A stretch of 38,741 nt of DNA from Candidatus Rokuibacteriota bacterium (GCA_044866005.1 JBIOTN010000145.1:1-38741); one strand, 5' to 3'; positions 26,400 through 35,038 are shown, numbered from the stretch's first letter. Notes: generated by a model from the letters alone, not told the origin. Made by a program: numbers and translations.

Positions 26400-26855
26400 A
26401 TGCCGACCAAGACGAACGACTCCCAGCCCACCGACTTCCTCAACGACATGCAGGGCAAGGCGATGGAGGCGGTCGCGGCCTTCGCGCAGGCCAACCAGCG
26501 GGTCGTTCAGGAGTTCGTCGAGCTCTCGGTCACCGCCGCCAAGGAAGGGATGCGCGCCTACGCCGAGCTGCAGACGAACGTGGTCGACGCGGTGCGGGCC
26601 TCCCAGCCCACCATGGCCGCTCAGCGCGCGACGGTCGAGGAGTTCCAGTCCGACCCGTTCACGTGGTACCAGAAGGGCCTCCTCACGGCGGTGGACGGGA
26701 CGCAGAAGACGTTCCGGCTGCTCGAGGCGAACGCCCAGGTGGTCACCCGCAGCGCTGAGCGCCTCCAGGCCTCTGCCGAGCGGACCGGGAAGGAGATCCA
26801 GGAGGCCCTCACCTCCTACATCGGCCGCATGAAGGAGATCTACGGGAAGAACTAG
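26400..26855 (+). CDS. Phasin-like PHA granule-associated protein
   Basis: 151 aa, all-helical, Ala/Gln/Glu-rich amphipathic sequence; strong AAGGAG RBS; located in the pha cluster near phaR. Confidence 0.72.
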   Translation: MPTKTNDSQPTDFLNDMQGKAMEAVAAFAQANQRVVQEFVELSVTAAKEGMRAYAELQTNVVDAVRASQPTMAAQRATVEEFQSDPFTWYQKGLLTAVDGTQKTFRLLEANAQVVTRSAERLQASAERTGKEIQEALTSYIGRMKEIYGKN

Positions 26856-26867
26856 CCCTTTCCCCCG

Positions 26868-27010
26868 GGAAGACCGGCTCGTGCCCTTCGGCGAAGGTCC
26901 GGCGTCCGCCCACCCTGCCAGCGGGAGGCAGGCCCGACCCGTCCGGCGAAAGGTGAACGGCCGGTCCTCCCCCGGATAGCCTTCTCGGGGGAGGCAGGCC
27001 CGAGCCGTTC
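26868..27010. repeat. Three imperfect tandem repeat/hairpin units
   Basis: GGGAGGCAGGCCCGA exactly repeated at 26923 and 26989, with a degenerate copy at 26868; units 2 and 3 fold back on the sequence before them. Confidence 0.6.
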
Positions 27011-27076
27011 GCGCGACGCAAGCCGCACGGCGACGCGCATCCACCATACCGCAAACGGCAAAGCGTTCCACTCCGG

Positions 27077-27141
27077 GCGGCGGCTTTGCCGCCGCATCCG
27101 ACGGGGGAGGTTCTCGGAGGGGGCCGTCGAGGCCCCTCCGA
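27077..27141. repeat. REP-like double palindrome, possibly acting as a terminator downstream of phaR
   Basis: GCGGCGGC-TTT-GCCGCCGC (27077-95) and TCGGAGGGGGCC-GTCGA-GGCCCCTCCGA (27114-41). Confidence 0.55.
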
Positions 27142-27146
27142 AGCGG

Positions 27147-27635
27147 TCACCGGCCGAGACGCGTCTCTAGGTCGCGTAGCTTCGCCTTGAGCGCCGCGAC
27201 CTCGGCCCGCAGCTCGTCCACTTCGGCGCTCGACCGTGGCTCGGGCCTCGGGGGCGGCGCCGCGGTCCCCGGCCACCAGCCGGCGCGTGTCCCCCACTCG
27301 CGGAGGACGCGCTCGGCCTCCCGTTGGCTCGCCACGATCCCCGTCAGGCTGGCCTGGAGGGACTGCTGGACGAACTCCTGCCAGGCTTCCCCGTGCTTGA
27401 TCAGCTGATGGAGAAAGGAGGGCGGCAGAGAGGAGCGGCGCCCGCGGGCATTCTCGAGGATGATCTGGGCCAGCGTCAGGCTGGTCAGATCCTCCCCCGA
27501 GACCGCGTCGACGACGCGGATCTCCCGCCCCTGCCGGATGAGCTCTTCCAGCTCGTCCAGCGTGACATAGCGGCTCCGGCTCTGGTCGTAGAGCTTCCGG
27601 TTCGCATAGCGCTTGATGAGGACCGGTTCGTCCAT
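27147..27635 (-). CDS. phaR: PHA synthesis regulator (PhaR-type DNA-binding domain)
   Basis: IKRYANRKLYD...SRYVTLDEL...VVDAVSGEDLTSLTLAQIILE; C-terminal coiled coil. Confidence 0.9.
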   Translation of the reverse strand: MDEPVLIKRYANRKLYDQSRSRYVTLDELEELIRQGREIRVVDAVSGEDLTSLTLAQIILENARGRRSSLPPSFLHQLIKHGEAWQEFVQQSLQASLTGIVASQREAERVLREWGTRAGWWPGTAAPPPRPEPRSSAEVDELRAEVAALKAKLRDLETRLGR

Positions 27636-27646
27636 CGGGGGCCCTC

Positions 27647-27676
27647 ATTCTAGCACCCGGTAACACCGCGCGTCAT
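27647..27676 (-). promoter_or_regulatory. phaR promoter overlapped by a candidate PhaR operator
   Basis: Minus strand TGC-TAGAAT (-10 at 27652-47); TAACAC-N3-GCGTCA at 27661-75 covers the -35 region. Confidence 0.55.
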
Positions 27677-27780
27677 CACGAGGGGCCGCCGGCCGCGCCT
27701 CGGCCTGGAGGGAGCGGCCATTGATCGGGCCGGAGCCGCGTGTTATCAGTGAACATCCTCAGGTAAGGAGGCACACCCCC

Positions 27781-28527
27781 ATGAAGCTCGACGGCCGGAA
27801 AGCTGTCGTCACCGGCGCCTCCCGGGGCATCGGCCGCGCCATCGCGATCGAGCTGGCGAAGGAAGGCGCCGACGTCGCCGTGAACTACCTGGCGAGCGAG
27901 GGGCCGGCCCTCGAGGTCGTTCGCGAGATCGAGAAGCACGGCCGCCACGGGCTTCCCATCCGGGCCGACGTCAGCGACTTCCCCGACACGTTCCGGATGG
28001 CCCAGGAGATTCTCGGCGCCTTCGGCCACGTCGACGTCCTCGTCAACAACGCGGGCGTCAACAGCGACAAGACCTTCGTCAAGATGGACCACGCGTCGTG
28101 GCGCAAGGTGCTCGCCATCAACCTCGACGGCGTCTTCAACTGCACCAAGGTCTTCATCGACTCCATGCTGAAGCGCGGCTACGGACGGATCGTGAACATC
28201 ACCTCGGTCATCGGGCAGATCGGCAACTTCGGGCAGGCGAACTACGCCGCCTCGAAGGCCGGCGTGACGGCGATGACCAAGTCGCTGGCGAAGGAGCTCG
28301 CCGGCAAGGGGATCACGGTCAACGCGGTGGCGCCCGGGTTCATCGCCACCGAGATGGTCGAGGCGATCCCGGACAAGGTCAAGCAGCGGCTGCTCGACCA
28401 GATCCCGCTCCGGCGCTTCGGGACGGGGGAGGAGGTCGCCCGAGCCGTCGTGTATCTGGTCTCGTCGGACGGCGACTACATCACGGGCGAAGAGCTGTCG
28501 ATGAACGGCGGACTCCTGATGCGCTGA
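27781..28527 (+). CDS. phaB: Acetoacetyl-CoA reductase / 3-oxoacyl reductase (PhaB-like SDR)
   Basis: TGASRGIG, NNAG, GQIGNFGQANYAASKAG and VNAVAPGFIATEM; AGGAGG RBS; pha context. Confidence 0.8.
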   Translation: MKLDGRKAVVTGASRGIGRAIAIELAKEGADVAVNYLASEGPALEVVREIEKHGRHGLPIRADVSDFPDTFRMAQEILGAFGHVDVLVNNAGVNSDKTFVKMDHASWRKVLAINLDGVFNCTKVFIDSMLKRGYGRIVNITSVIGQIGNFGQANYAASKAGVTAMTKSLAKELAGKGITVNAVAPGFIATEMVEAIPDKVKQRLLDQIPLRRFGTGEEVARAVVYLVSSDGDYITGEELSMNGGLLMR

Positions 28528-28608
28528 GCCGCCGTCGGGGGCGCGGCCGTCTCGCGCGCGGCGCCGCCGGCCTCGACCGAGGGTCGGGGTCCCCGGCCCT
28601 CGTGGCTG

Positions 28609-29214
28609 TCAGCGATGCGAGTCCGAGGACTTGACGGGCGTGACCGGGCGGGGACGGGAGAGCTGGAGCGCGTGCGAGGCCAGCGCCAGCCCGCTCGCCG
28701 CCCAGAACGACATGACGCGCACGGCGAGCGCCGCCGGCGCCAGGGCCACGGATCCCCACGTCGGCCGCTCGGCGCACCGCGCGTCGTAGACGACGTGGAC
28801 CTTCGGCGGCATGACCCAGGCTTCCCCCTCCAGCACGACCTCCCCGTCCTGGTTCAGGCAGATCGTCCGCAGGCAGAGGCGGTTGCGGTCCGGCAAGGTC
28901 TCCGTGACTTCGACCCGGGCGGTGATGGTGTCGCCGACGTGCACCGGCTTCAGGAAGCGCAAGTTTTGCGAGAGGTAGATCGTCCCCGGTCCCGGGAGCC
29001 GGGTGCCGATGACCGCCGAGATGAGCCCCCCGGTCAGCATGCCGGGAGAGATGATCTCGCCGAAGCGCGTCGTCGCCGCGAAGGCGGGGTCCGAGTGGAT
29101 GGGGTTGTCGTCTCCCACCGCTCCGACGTACTCGCGGATCTGCTCCGCCGTCACCTCGCGCGTGAGCTCGGCCGCGTCCCCGACCGCCAGCTCCTGGATC
29201 GTCTGCCCGATCAT
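28609..29214 (-). CDS. phaJ: MaoC-family (R)-specific enoyl-CoA hydratase, PhaJ-like, with a C-terminal extension
   Basis: GDDNPIH hydratase motif, PGPGTIYLSQNLRFLKPVHVGD; ATGA-coupled to phaE. Confidence 0.8.
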   Translation of the reverse strand: MIGQTIQELAVGDAAELTREVTAEQIREYVGAVGDDNPIHSDPAFAATTRFGEIISPGMLTGGLISAVIGTRLPGPGTIYLSQNLRFLKPVHVGDTITARVEVTETLPDRNRLCLRTICLNQDGEVVLEGEAWVMPPKVHVVYDARCAERPTWGSVALAPAALAVRVMSFWAASGLALASHALQLSRPRPVTPVKSSDSHR

Positions 29215-29789
29215 GCGCCCTCCCTGTGTGGCGCTGCACGTCGTTGGGCCGCCTCCTCGTGGTCGGCGACGGCCCGGCGAGTCTCCAGCAAGAGCTTCTT
29301 GACCTCCTCCAGTCGGTCCTCGAGCCCCTCGATCCGCTCCTCGAGCGCCACCAGCTGCGAGGCGACGCTCACCACCTGCGCGCGCGAGGGCAGCCCGAGT
29401 GTCCGGAGCGCCATGTCGTTGTACTGCTCGAGCCCCTTCTTCACGGGCGCCTGCACCGCGAGCCACTGGTCCAGATAGCGGCCCAGCGCCTGGGCGAAGC
29501 CGTCCGTCGCCATGGCCTGACCGAGGACGCGCGACCAGGCCTCGATGGACTGGTCCATGAAGCTCTTCCACTGCTTGGTGAATTCCGGCGTGGCGGCGCC
29601 CTGGGCCGCCGCCTTCTGCCAGAGCTCCATGCCCTGCGTGAGGAGTGGCCGCCAGAACTGGGCGAAGTCCACGGTCGGGGAGGCCTCTGGCGAGCGCAGG
29701 CCCATGACGCGAAGCCAGGCCTGCGTGCCCTCGTCGAGCGACTTCCGCCAGAGATCGAAGAGCTCCTGCGGCGGGTTGCTCGCGTTCAT
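29211..29789 (-). CDS. phaE: Class III PHA synthase PhaE-like subunit
   Basis: Trp-rich amphipathic helices, LRTLGLPSRAQV and a C-terminal coiled coil; directly downstream of phaC. Confidence 0.75.
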   Translation of the reverse strand: MNASNPPQELFDLWRKSLDEGTQAWLRVMGLRSPEASPTVDFAQFWRPLLTQGMELWQKAAAQGAATPEFTKQWKSFMDQSIEAWSRVLGQAMATDGFAQALGRYLDQWLAVQAPVKKGLEQYNDMALRTLGLPSRAQVVSVASQLVALEERIEGLEDRLEEVKKLLLETRRAVADHEEAAQRRAAPHREGA

Positions 29790-29867
29790 CGATCTGGCTC
29801 CATTATCCCACGGCATCCCCGCGGTCCAGTGCAAAGCGCGCACCGGGGGCCCAGCCCGTGTCCTGGC

Positions 29868-30944
29868 TCATGCCGCCTGGCCCGCCAGCCACTCGGACAC
29901 GCGGGGCCAGCAGTGGACGGACGCGGCGCGGCCGGCGATCAGCGAGATGTGCCCGCCCGGCAGCTCCAGGTACGTCTTGTCCGGCGTGCCGACGTGGTCG
30001 AGGAGCGCCTTCACGCACTGGGCCGGGGCGATGTAGTCCTCGGCACCGGCGACCGCGAAGACGGGGCAGCGCACGCGGGCCAGGTCCACGAGGCGACCGC
30101 CGAGCCGGAGCTCTCGACGGACGAGGCGGTTTTCCTGGTAGAACTCCTTGACCCACTGCCGGAAGAACTCGCCCGGAAACGGCACGTACTCGCTCGCCCA
30201 CTTGTTGAGGGCCTGGTATCCCTCGACGTATCGGTCATTGTCGAGGTTCCACCAGAGGTTGAGCGCGGTCGAGATGTCCATGGTGGGCTTCAGGAGCTTG
30301 AACCCCACCCGCACCCAGTCGGCGGGGATCGTGCCCATCGCGTCCACGACCCGATCCACGTCGTAGAAGCGCTTGTCGAGCCAGTGGGCGAACAGCCCGG
30401 CCTTCGAGAAGTCGATCGGGCCGGCCATGTTCGCGTACGCGCGGACCGGCAGCTCCGGGTGGAGCGCCACGAAGGCCGCGGACAGCGGGCCGCCCATGCA
30501 GTAGCCGATCACGGCGAGGTCGGCGGCGCCCGACGTCTCGAGGACCTTCCGGGCGACGCGCGGCAGAAGTCCCGTCACGCAGGCGTCCACGGTGAGGCCG
30601 TTGTCCTCCTCGCCGTACACGCCCCAGTCCAGCAGGAAGAAGTCGAAGCCTTGCCCGCACATGTACTCCACGAACGACGAGCCGGGGCGGAGATCGAAGA
30701 CCGTGGGCCGGCTGATCCCCAGGTTCGGGACGAACAGGACCGGGACGCGCCGGGTCCGGGCCGAGTCGTAGCGGTACAGCCGCGCTTTGTTGCGCCGGTA
30801 GACCTCACGCTTGGGGCTCAGTCCGAGCTGCGGCTCCGCCGAGTCGGTCATGAGCTCGAACGCCTTCGCCGTGCGGCGGAGGTTCCTGAGCCACTCCTCG
30901 GTCAGCCGGCGGAACGCCTCGGCCTGCGGGAACGGATCGGGCAT
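29868..30944 (-). CDS. phaC: Class III polyhydroxyalkanoate synthase PhaC
   Basis: 358 aa; lipase box GYCMGG, catalytic Asp (AEDYIAP) and His (GGHISL); DLRPGSSFVEY and FLLDWG. Start ATG 30944. Confidence 0.92.
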   Translation of the reverse strand: MPDPFPQAEAFRRLTEEWLRNLRRTAKAFELMTDSAEPQLGLSPKREVYRRNKARLYRYDSARTRRVPVLFVPNLGISRPTVFDLRPGSSFVEYMCGQGFDFFLLDWGVYGEEDNGLTVDACVTGLLPRVARKVLETSGAADLAVIGYCMGGPLSAAFVALHPELPVRAYANMAGPIDFSKAGLFAHWLDKRFYDVDRVVDAMGTIPADWVRVGFKLLKPTMDISTALNLWWNLDNDRYVEGYQALNKWASEYVPFPGEFFRQWVKEFYQENRLVRRELRLGGRLVDLARVRCPVFAVAGAEDYIAPAQCVKALLDHVGTPDKTYLELPGGHISLIAGRAASVHCWPRVSEWLAGQAA

Positions 30945-30970
30945 GCGCACCCCCTTCATGGTCGCTCTGG

Positions 30971-32293
30971 TCAGATGATACCGCGGGCCCGGAGCTGGGC
31001 CAGGCGCTCGGGTCCGAAGCCGAAGTACTTCGCGTAGACGTGCTCGTTGTGGTGTCCGGCCGGCCGGCCCGGCACCTTCAGCCGCGGGGGCGTGCGCGTC
31101 ATGCGCCACGCCGGCATGGCGAGGGTCAGCGGACCGTAGACCGGATCGTCCAGGCGCCCGAAGCAGCCCCGCTGCCACCAGTGCGCTTGGCCCAGGGTCT
31201 GCGTCGGACTGTTCACGGGCCCGAAGACGACGACGCCGGGGCCCGGGTCCGCCAGCACCTTGGCGAGGATCTCGCTGGCCGTGTGGTTCACCGACCAGCG
31301 CGTGATCTCCTCGCGGAGCGCCACCCGGTTCTCGGGCCGGGTGCGGTCGAGCGGGGTCTTGAACCGCGGGTCGGACGCCAGCTCGGGGCGCTCCATGACA
31401 CGGCAGATGGCGCCGAAGTTCGCGTCCGTGTAACCGGCGATGAACGCCCACCCGTCCTTCACGGGAACGAACGTGTAGACGGACACGGCGAGGTCGAAGA
31501 TCCCCATGCGCTGCCGGATCTCCCGGCTCGTGTGGTAGAGGAGGAGCGTGTATTCGAGGTACCGCATGAGCGCCTCGGCGCCCGAGACGTCGATCATCTG
31601 GCCCGTCCCCGAGCTGCGCCGCCAGCGGAGCGCGGCGAGCGTCGCGACGCCGGCCCACGCCGCCTGGGCGTAGGCGCTGATCCAGCTCCCCAGCCGCGTG
31701 GGCAGGGCCTGCGGGCGGTCGCCGGGTTCGCCGGTCAGGAACGCGAGGCCGGAGAGCGCCTGGTCGATCAGGTCGTACTCGGCCCCGCCGCCCGGCGCGC
31801 GCGGCCCGAACTGCCCGTGGGTCGAGAGCGCCACGTACACCAGGCGCGCATGGACCGTCCGGAGCTGCCGGTAGCCGATCCCCCAGGCATCCATCTGGCC
31901 GGGCGGGAACCCCTCGATCACCACGTCGGCCCGCGCGGCCAGGGCGCGGAAGAGCTCCCGACCCTCGGGCCGCTCCAGACTCAGCGTCGCGTACGCGCGG
32001 TTGCGGCCCTCGGCCAGGAACGCGAGCCCCTCCCCTCCCACCGTCGCGTCCGCGGGACCCCATTGCCGGGCCGGATCCCCGCCGGGCGGCTCGAGCTTGA
32101 CGACTTCCGCGCCCATCTCGCCCAGGAACCCCGCCAGCACGTGGCCGCCGTAGTGCGCGACCGAGCAGTCGAGGACCAGGAGGTCGTCGAGCGCCTCCGG
32201 TTTCTCCGACACGCGCGCGGGGTCCTCGCCGTCGCGGATCCACTCGCTCCAGGGTGGGGACGGCGCCGCGGGCCGGGCGGCGGGGCCGGTCAC
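30971..32293 (-). CDS. Class III (CaiB/BaiF) CoA-transferase subunit, apparently lacking the catalytic Asp
   Basis: VLDCS, GAEVVKLEPPGGD, ADVVIEGFPPG, YDLIDQALSG and GQMIDVS; GTG overlaps the upstream TGA. Confidence 0.85.
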   Translation of the reverse strand: MTGPAARPAAPSPPWSEWIRDGEDPARVSEKPEALDDLLVLDCSVAHYGGHVLAGFLGEMGAEVVKLEPPGGDPARQWGPADATVGGEGLAFLAEGRNRAYATLSLERPEGRELFRALAARADVVIEGFPPGQMDAWGIGYRQLRTVHARLVYVALSTHGQFGPRAPGGGAEYDLIDQALSGLAFLTGEPGDRPQALPTRLGSWISAYAQAAWAGVATLAALRWRRSSGTGQMIDVSGAEALMRYLEYTLLLYHTSREIRQRMGIFDLAVSVYTFVPVKDGWAFIAGYTDANFGAICRVMERPELASDPRFKTPLDRTRPENRVALREEITRWSVNHTASEILAKVLADPGPGVVVFGPVNSPTQTLGQAHWWQRGCFGRLDDPVYGPLTLAMPAWRMTRTPPRLKVPGRPAGHHNEHVYAKYFGFGPERLAQLRARGII

Positions 32294-33645
32294 GGCGCGG
32301 GCGCCTCGCCGGTCCAGTCGTCCGGCGGCTTCGCGCCGAGCCGGTCCGCCCAGCGGCCGACGACGCCGCGACGCTCCAGCTCCGCGATCTCCGCGGGGGC
32401 GAGCCCGAGCACGCCCGCGAGGACCTGCCGGTTGTGCCAGCCGACCGGCTTGCCCGCCCATTTGTGCCGTGCGGGCGTCGCGGAGAGCTTGGGGGCCGGG
32501 CCGTAGTCCACCATGCGCCCGTAGAGCGAGTCGTCGAGCTCCTCGACGCTGCCGCGCGCGCGAAAGTGGGCATCGTGGTAGTGATCGCCCCCGTGCATGA
32601 CGGGCGCCGCGGCGAAGCCGTGGGCGCGCGCCGCGGCCTCGACGTCCGCCCGCGACCGGCCCGCGCACCAGGGGCCGATGAGGGCATCGAGCGCGTCCGC
32701 GTTCGCCGGCTCGCGCCGCGCCGCCGCACTGCCGAACCGCGCCTCGTCGGCCAGGGCGGGCCGCTCCAGCGCGGCGGCCAGGCCGCGGAACTCGGCATCA
32801 CGTCCCGCCACCAGCGCCACATAGCCGTCGCTGCAGCGGTAGATCCCGGAGGGCACGTGGACCGGGTCGCGGTTCCCCGTCCTCACGCGGTCCCGTCCGG
32901 TGAGCCCGGCGTAGAGCCACGTCCAGTCCAGCGCGCGGACGAGCCCCTCGCACTGCGCCATCTCGACGAACTGTGCCTCCCCGGTCCGGTCGCGCCAGGC
33001 GAGCGCCGCGAGCGCGCCCATCGCGCTGAGACAGGCGCCGAACCAGTCGCCGAGGTAGTTGCCGACCTTCGTCGGGGCTGCGCCCTCGAAGCCCGAGATG
33101 GCGGTGAGCCCCGAGACGGCCTGGGCGAGCCCGTCGTACGAGGCCCGACCCTCGGCGAGCGGACCCCACTGCCCGAAGCCGCTGTTCGAGACGTAGATCA
33201 GACGCGGATTGATCTCCCGGAGCTGGCGGTACCCCAGGCCCCACTTCGTCTCGGTCGTGCCCGGCTTGAAGTTCTCGATCAGGATGTCGGAGCGCGCGGC
33301 GAGCTTGCGGACGAGGGCCTGGCCTTCCGGGTGGTGCAGGTCGATCCCGACGTGATACTTCCCGTGGTTCTGCGGGAAGAACGCGACCGAGACGTTCTTC
33401 CAGAAGCACCCGGCGTGGCCGAGGATGCGGGTGACGTCCCCCGCCCCCGGCATCTCGACCTTGATCACCTCGGCGCCCAGCTCGCCGAGGAAGTCGGCCG
33501 TGGCCGGCCCGAAGATGATGACCGAGAGGTCGAGCACCCGGATGCCGCGGAGCGCCTCGGGCTTGACCGGGACCAGGACGGGATCGAAGAGCCGGGCCGC
33601 CCAGTCGAAGTACGACTCGCCCCCGGGCGGCCCCTCGGGCTTCAT
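32290..33645 (-). CDS. Class III (CaiB/BaiF) CoA-transferase, catalytic subunit
   Basis: VLDLSVIIFGP, GAEVIKVE, IENFKPG, SYDGLAQAVSG and GNYLGDW (catalytic Asp). Confidence 0.9.
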   Translation of the reverse strand: MKPEGPPGGESYFDWAARLFDPVLVPVKPEALRGIRVLDLSVIIFGPATADFLGELGAEVIKVEMPGAGDVTRILGHAGCFWKNVSVAFFPQNHGKYHVGIDLHHPEGQALVRKLAARSDILIENFKPGTTETKWGLGYRQLREINPRLIYVSNSGFGQWGPLAEGRASYDGLAQAVSGLTAISGFEGAAPTKVGNYLGDWFGACLSAMGALAALAWRDRTGEAQFVEMAQCEGLVRALDWTWLYAGLTGRDRVRTGNRDPVHVPSGIYRCSDGYVALVAGRDAEFRGLAAALERPALADEARFGSAAARREPANADALDALIGPWCAGRSRADVEAAARAHGFAAAPVMHGGDHYHDAHFRARGSVEELDDSLYGRMVDYGPAPKLSATPARHKWAGKPVGWHNRQVLAGVLGLAPAEIAELERRGVVGRWADRLGAKPPDDWTGEAPAP

Positions 33646-33649
33646 GCGC

Positions 33650-33970
33650 TCAGATCGCGAACATCCCGGCGAGCTTCATGAGCAGCCCCATGTCGCCTTT
33701 GTGCTTCAGCCTGCCCGACATGAACGCCAGCTGCGGGTTGAGCTTGCCGGCGGTCATGTCGAGCCAGTCCGGCGCGCTCACCGTCAGCGTGAGGTTCGGG
33801 GCGGCGGCCGGACCGACCCCCACGCTGCACTTCCCCTCGGCGATGTCGACGTGGAAGGTGCCCCCACCCTCGCCGGTGATGTCGTACTGGATCATCGCCT
33901 TGACGCCCTGCGCCCGCTCCGGCCGGAACCGGCCAGGCATCGCGTCGAAGGTCTCCTTGACGGTTGGCAT
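33650..33970 (-). CDS. SCP2 sterol/lipid-binding domain protein
   Basis: IQYDITGEGGG and GKLNPQLAFMSGRLKHKGDMGLLMKL; GGAGG RBS. Confidence 0.9.
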   Translation of the reverse strand: MPTVKETFDAMPGRFRPERAQGVKAMIQYDITGEGGGTFHVDIAEGKCSVGVGPAAAPNLTLTVSAPDWLDMTAGKLNPQLAFMSGRLKHKGDMGLLMKLAGMFAI

Positions 33971-33984
33971 CGACGACCGCCTCC

Positions 33985-34734
33985 TCAGAAGGTGAACAGA
34001 TCCATCCCGCCCGTGACCGTGAGTACGGCGCCGGTGATGTAGCGCGCCCGCTCGGAGCAGAGGAACGCGACGGCATCGGCGATGTCCGCGGGATCCCCCT
34101 CGTGCTGCATGGCGACGCGCTTGACCAGACGGTCGTACATCGGCGACAGGCGCGTGTGCTCGCCGATGATCCCCGGCGCTATCACGTTGGCCGTGATCCC
34201 GTACCGGGCGCCCTCCAGGGCGACCGAGCGTGCGAAGCCGATCACGCCCATCTTGGTCGTCGCGTACGCCGTCTGGCCGAAGCCGCCCAGCAGCCCCGCG
34301 ATGGAGGCCATGCAGACGACCCGGCCCCACCGGCGTTCCCGCATGCCGGCGATCACCGCCTTGGTGACGTGGTACGTGCCGGTGAGATTGACGTTCAGGT
34401 TGAGCGCCCAGTCCTCGTCCTTCATGTCCTTGAGCTGGGCGAGGGTCCAGATGATGGCGGCGTTGTTGACGGCGATGTCCACCGGGCCGACCTCACGCTC
34501 GATGCGGCCGACGGCGGCCCGGACCGCGGGCCCGTCCGCGACGTCGCACTCGATGGCAAGCGCCTCCCCGCCCTTCCGCCGGATCTCCTCGGCCGTCTGC
34601 TCGGCGCCGTCCTTGTCCCGGTCGACGACGGCGACGCGGCAGCCCTCCTCCGCGAGCCGGAGGCAATCGGCTCGGCCGAGGTTCCGCGCGCCGCCCGTCA
34701 CCAGCGCCACCTTCCCGGCGATCCCCAGATCCAT
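33985..34734 (-). CDS. Short-chain dehydrogenase/reductase (FabG-like)
   Basis: TGGARNLG, NNAA and GFGQTAYATTK; GGAGGG RBS before ATG 34734. Confidence 0.88.
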   Translation of the reverse strand: MDLGIAGKVALVTGGARNLGRADCLRLAEEGCRVAVVDRDKDGAEQTAEEIRRKGGEALAIECDVADGPAVRAAVGRIEREVGPVDIAVNNAAIIWTLAQLKDMKDEDWALNLNVNLTGTYHVTKAVIAGMRERRWGRVVCMASIAGLLGGFGQTAYATTKMGVIGFARSVALEGARYGITANVIAPGIIGEHTRLSPMYDRLVKRVAMQHEGDPADIADAVAFLCSERARYITGAVLTVTGGMDLFTF

Positions 34735-35038
34735 TCGAACCCTCCGCTCTCCGGAACCGCGTGTGCGCGCGCGGCCGTTCGGTGAACGTCCCGCAAAACC
34801 GTAGCAGAGCGCGGCGGAGCACGCAACCACCCGGACCCGCGCCGGGTGAGCGTCCGGCCGCTGACTCCGAGGCGGGCTCTAGAGCTTCATCACGATAGAC
34901 AGACCGGTCGCGCGGCGCGCACGCTGTCGGTCATCGGCGTCGGCCAACGCCGGTCGCCCCGGCAGTCCGGCATCAGGGGCGCAACCCAACCCGATCGAGG
35001 ACGGAGCGCGCGCGATGCCGCACGAGCCAGGGGATCCG

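Noticed and set aside
26868..27010. Mini CRISPR array (three repeats, about 60 bp period, one ending GAAAG)
   Set aside because: Repeats are degenerate, spacing is unequal, the would-be spacers base-pair with the repeats, and there is no cas gene or AT-rich leader.
26852..27097. 81 aa minus-strand ORF between the phasin gene and phaR
   Set aside because: It runs through palindromic and repeat DNA, has no RBS and has low-complexity composition.
29868..32822. 984 aa PhaC fusion suggested by the ORF track
   Set aside because: The upstream part is an off-frame overlap of the CoA-transferase genes; PhaC starts at 30944 with its own RBS. The same applies to the extended ychF, clpS, SDR, phaJ, SCP2 and Csp3 ORFs.
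34895..34912. GACCGGTC palindrome as a TetR operator
   Set aside because: Only 8 bp, GC-rich and expected by chance; no TetR gene in the window.
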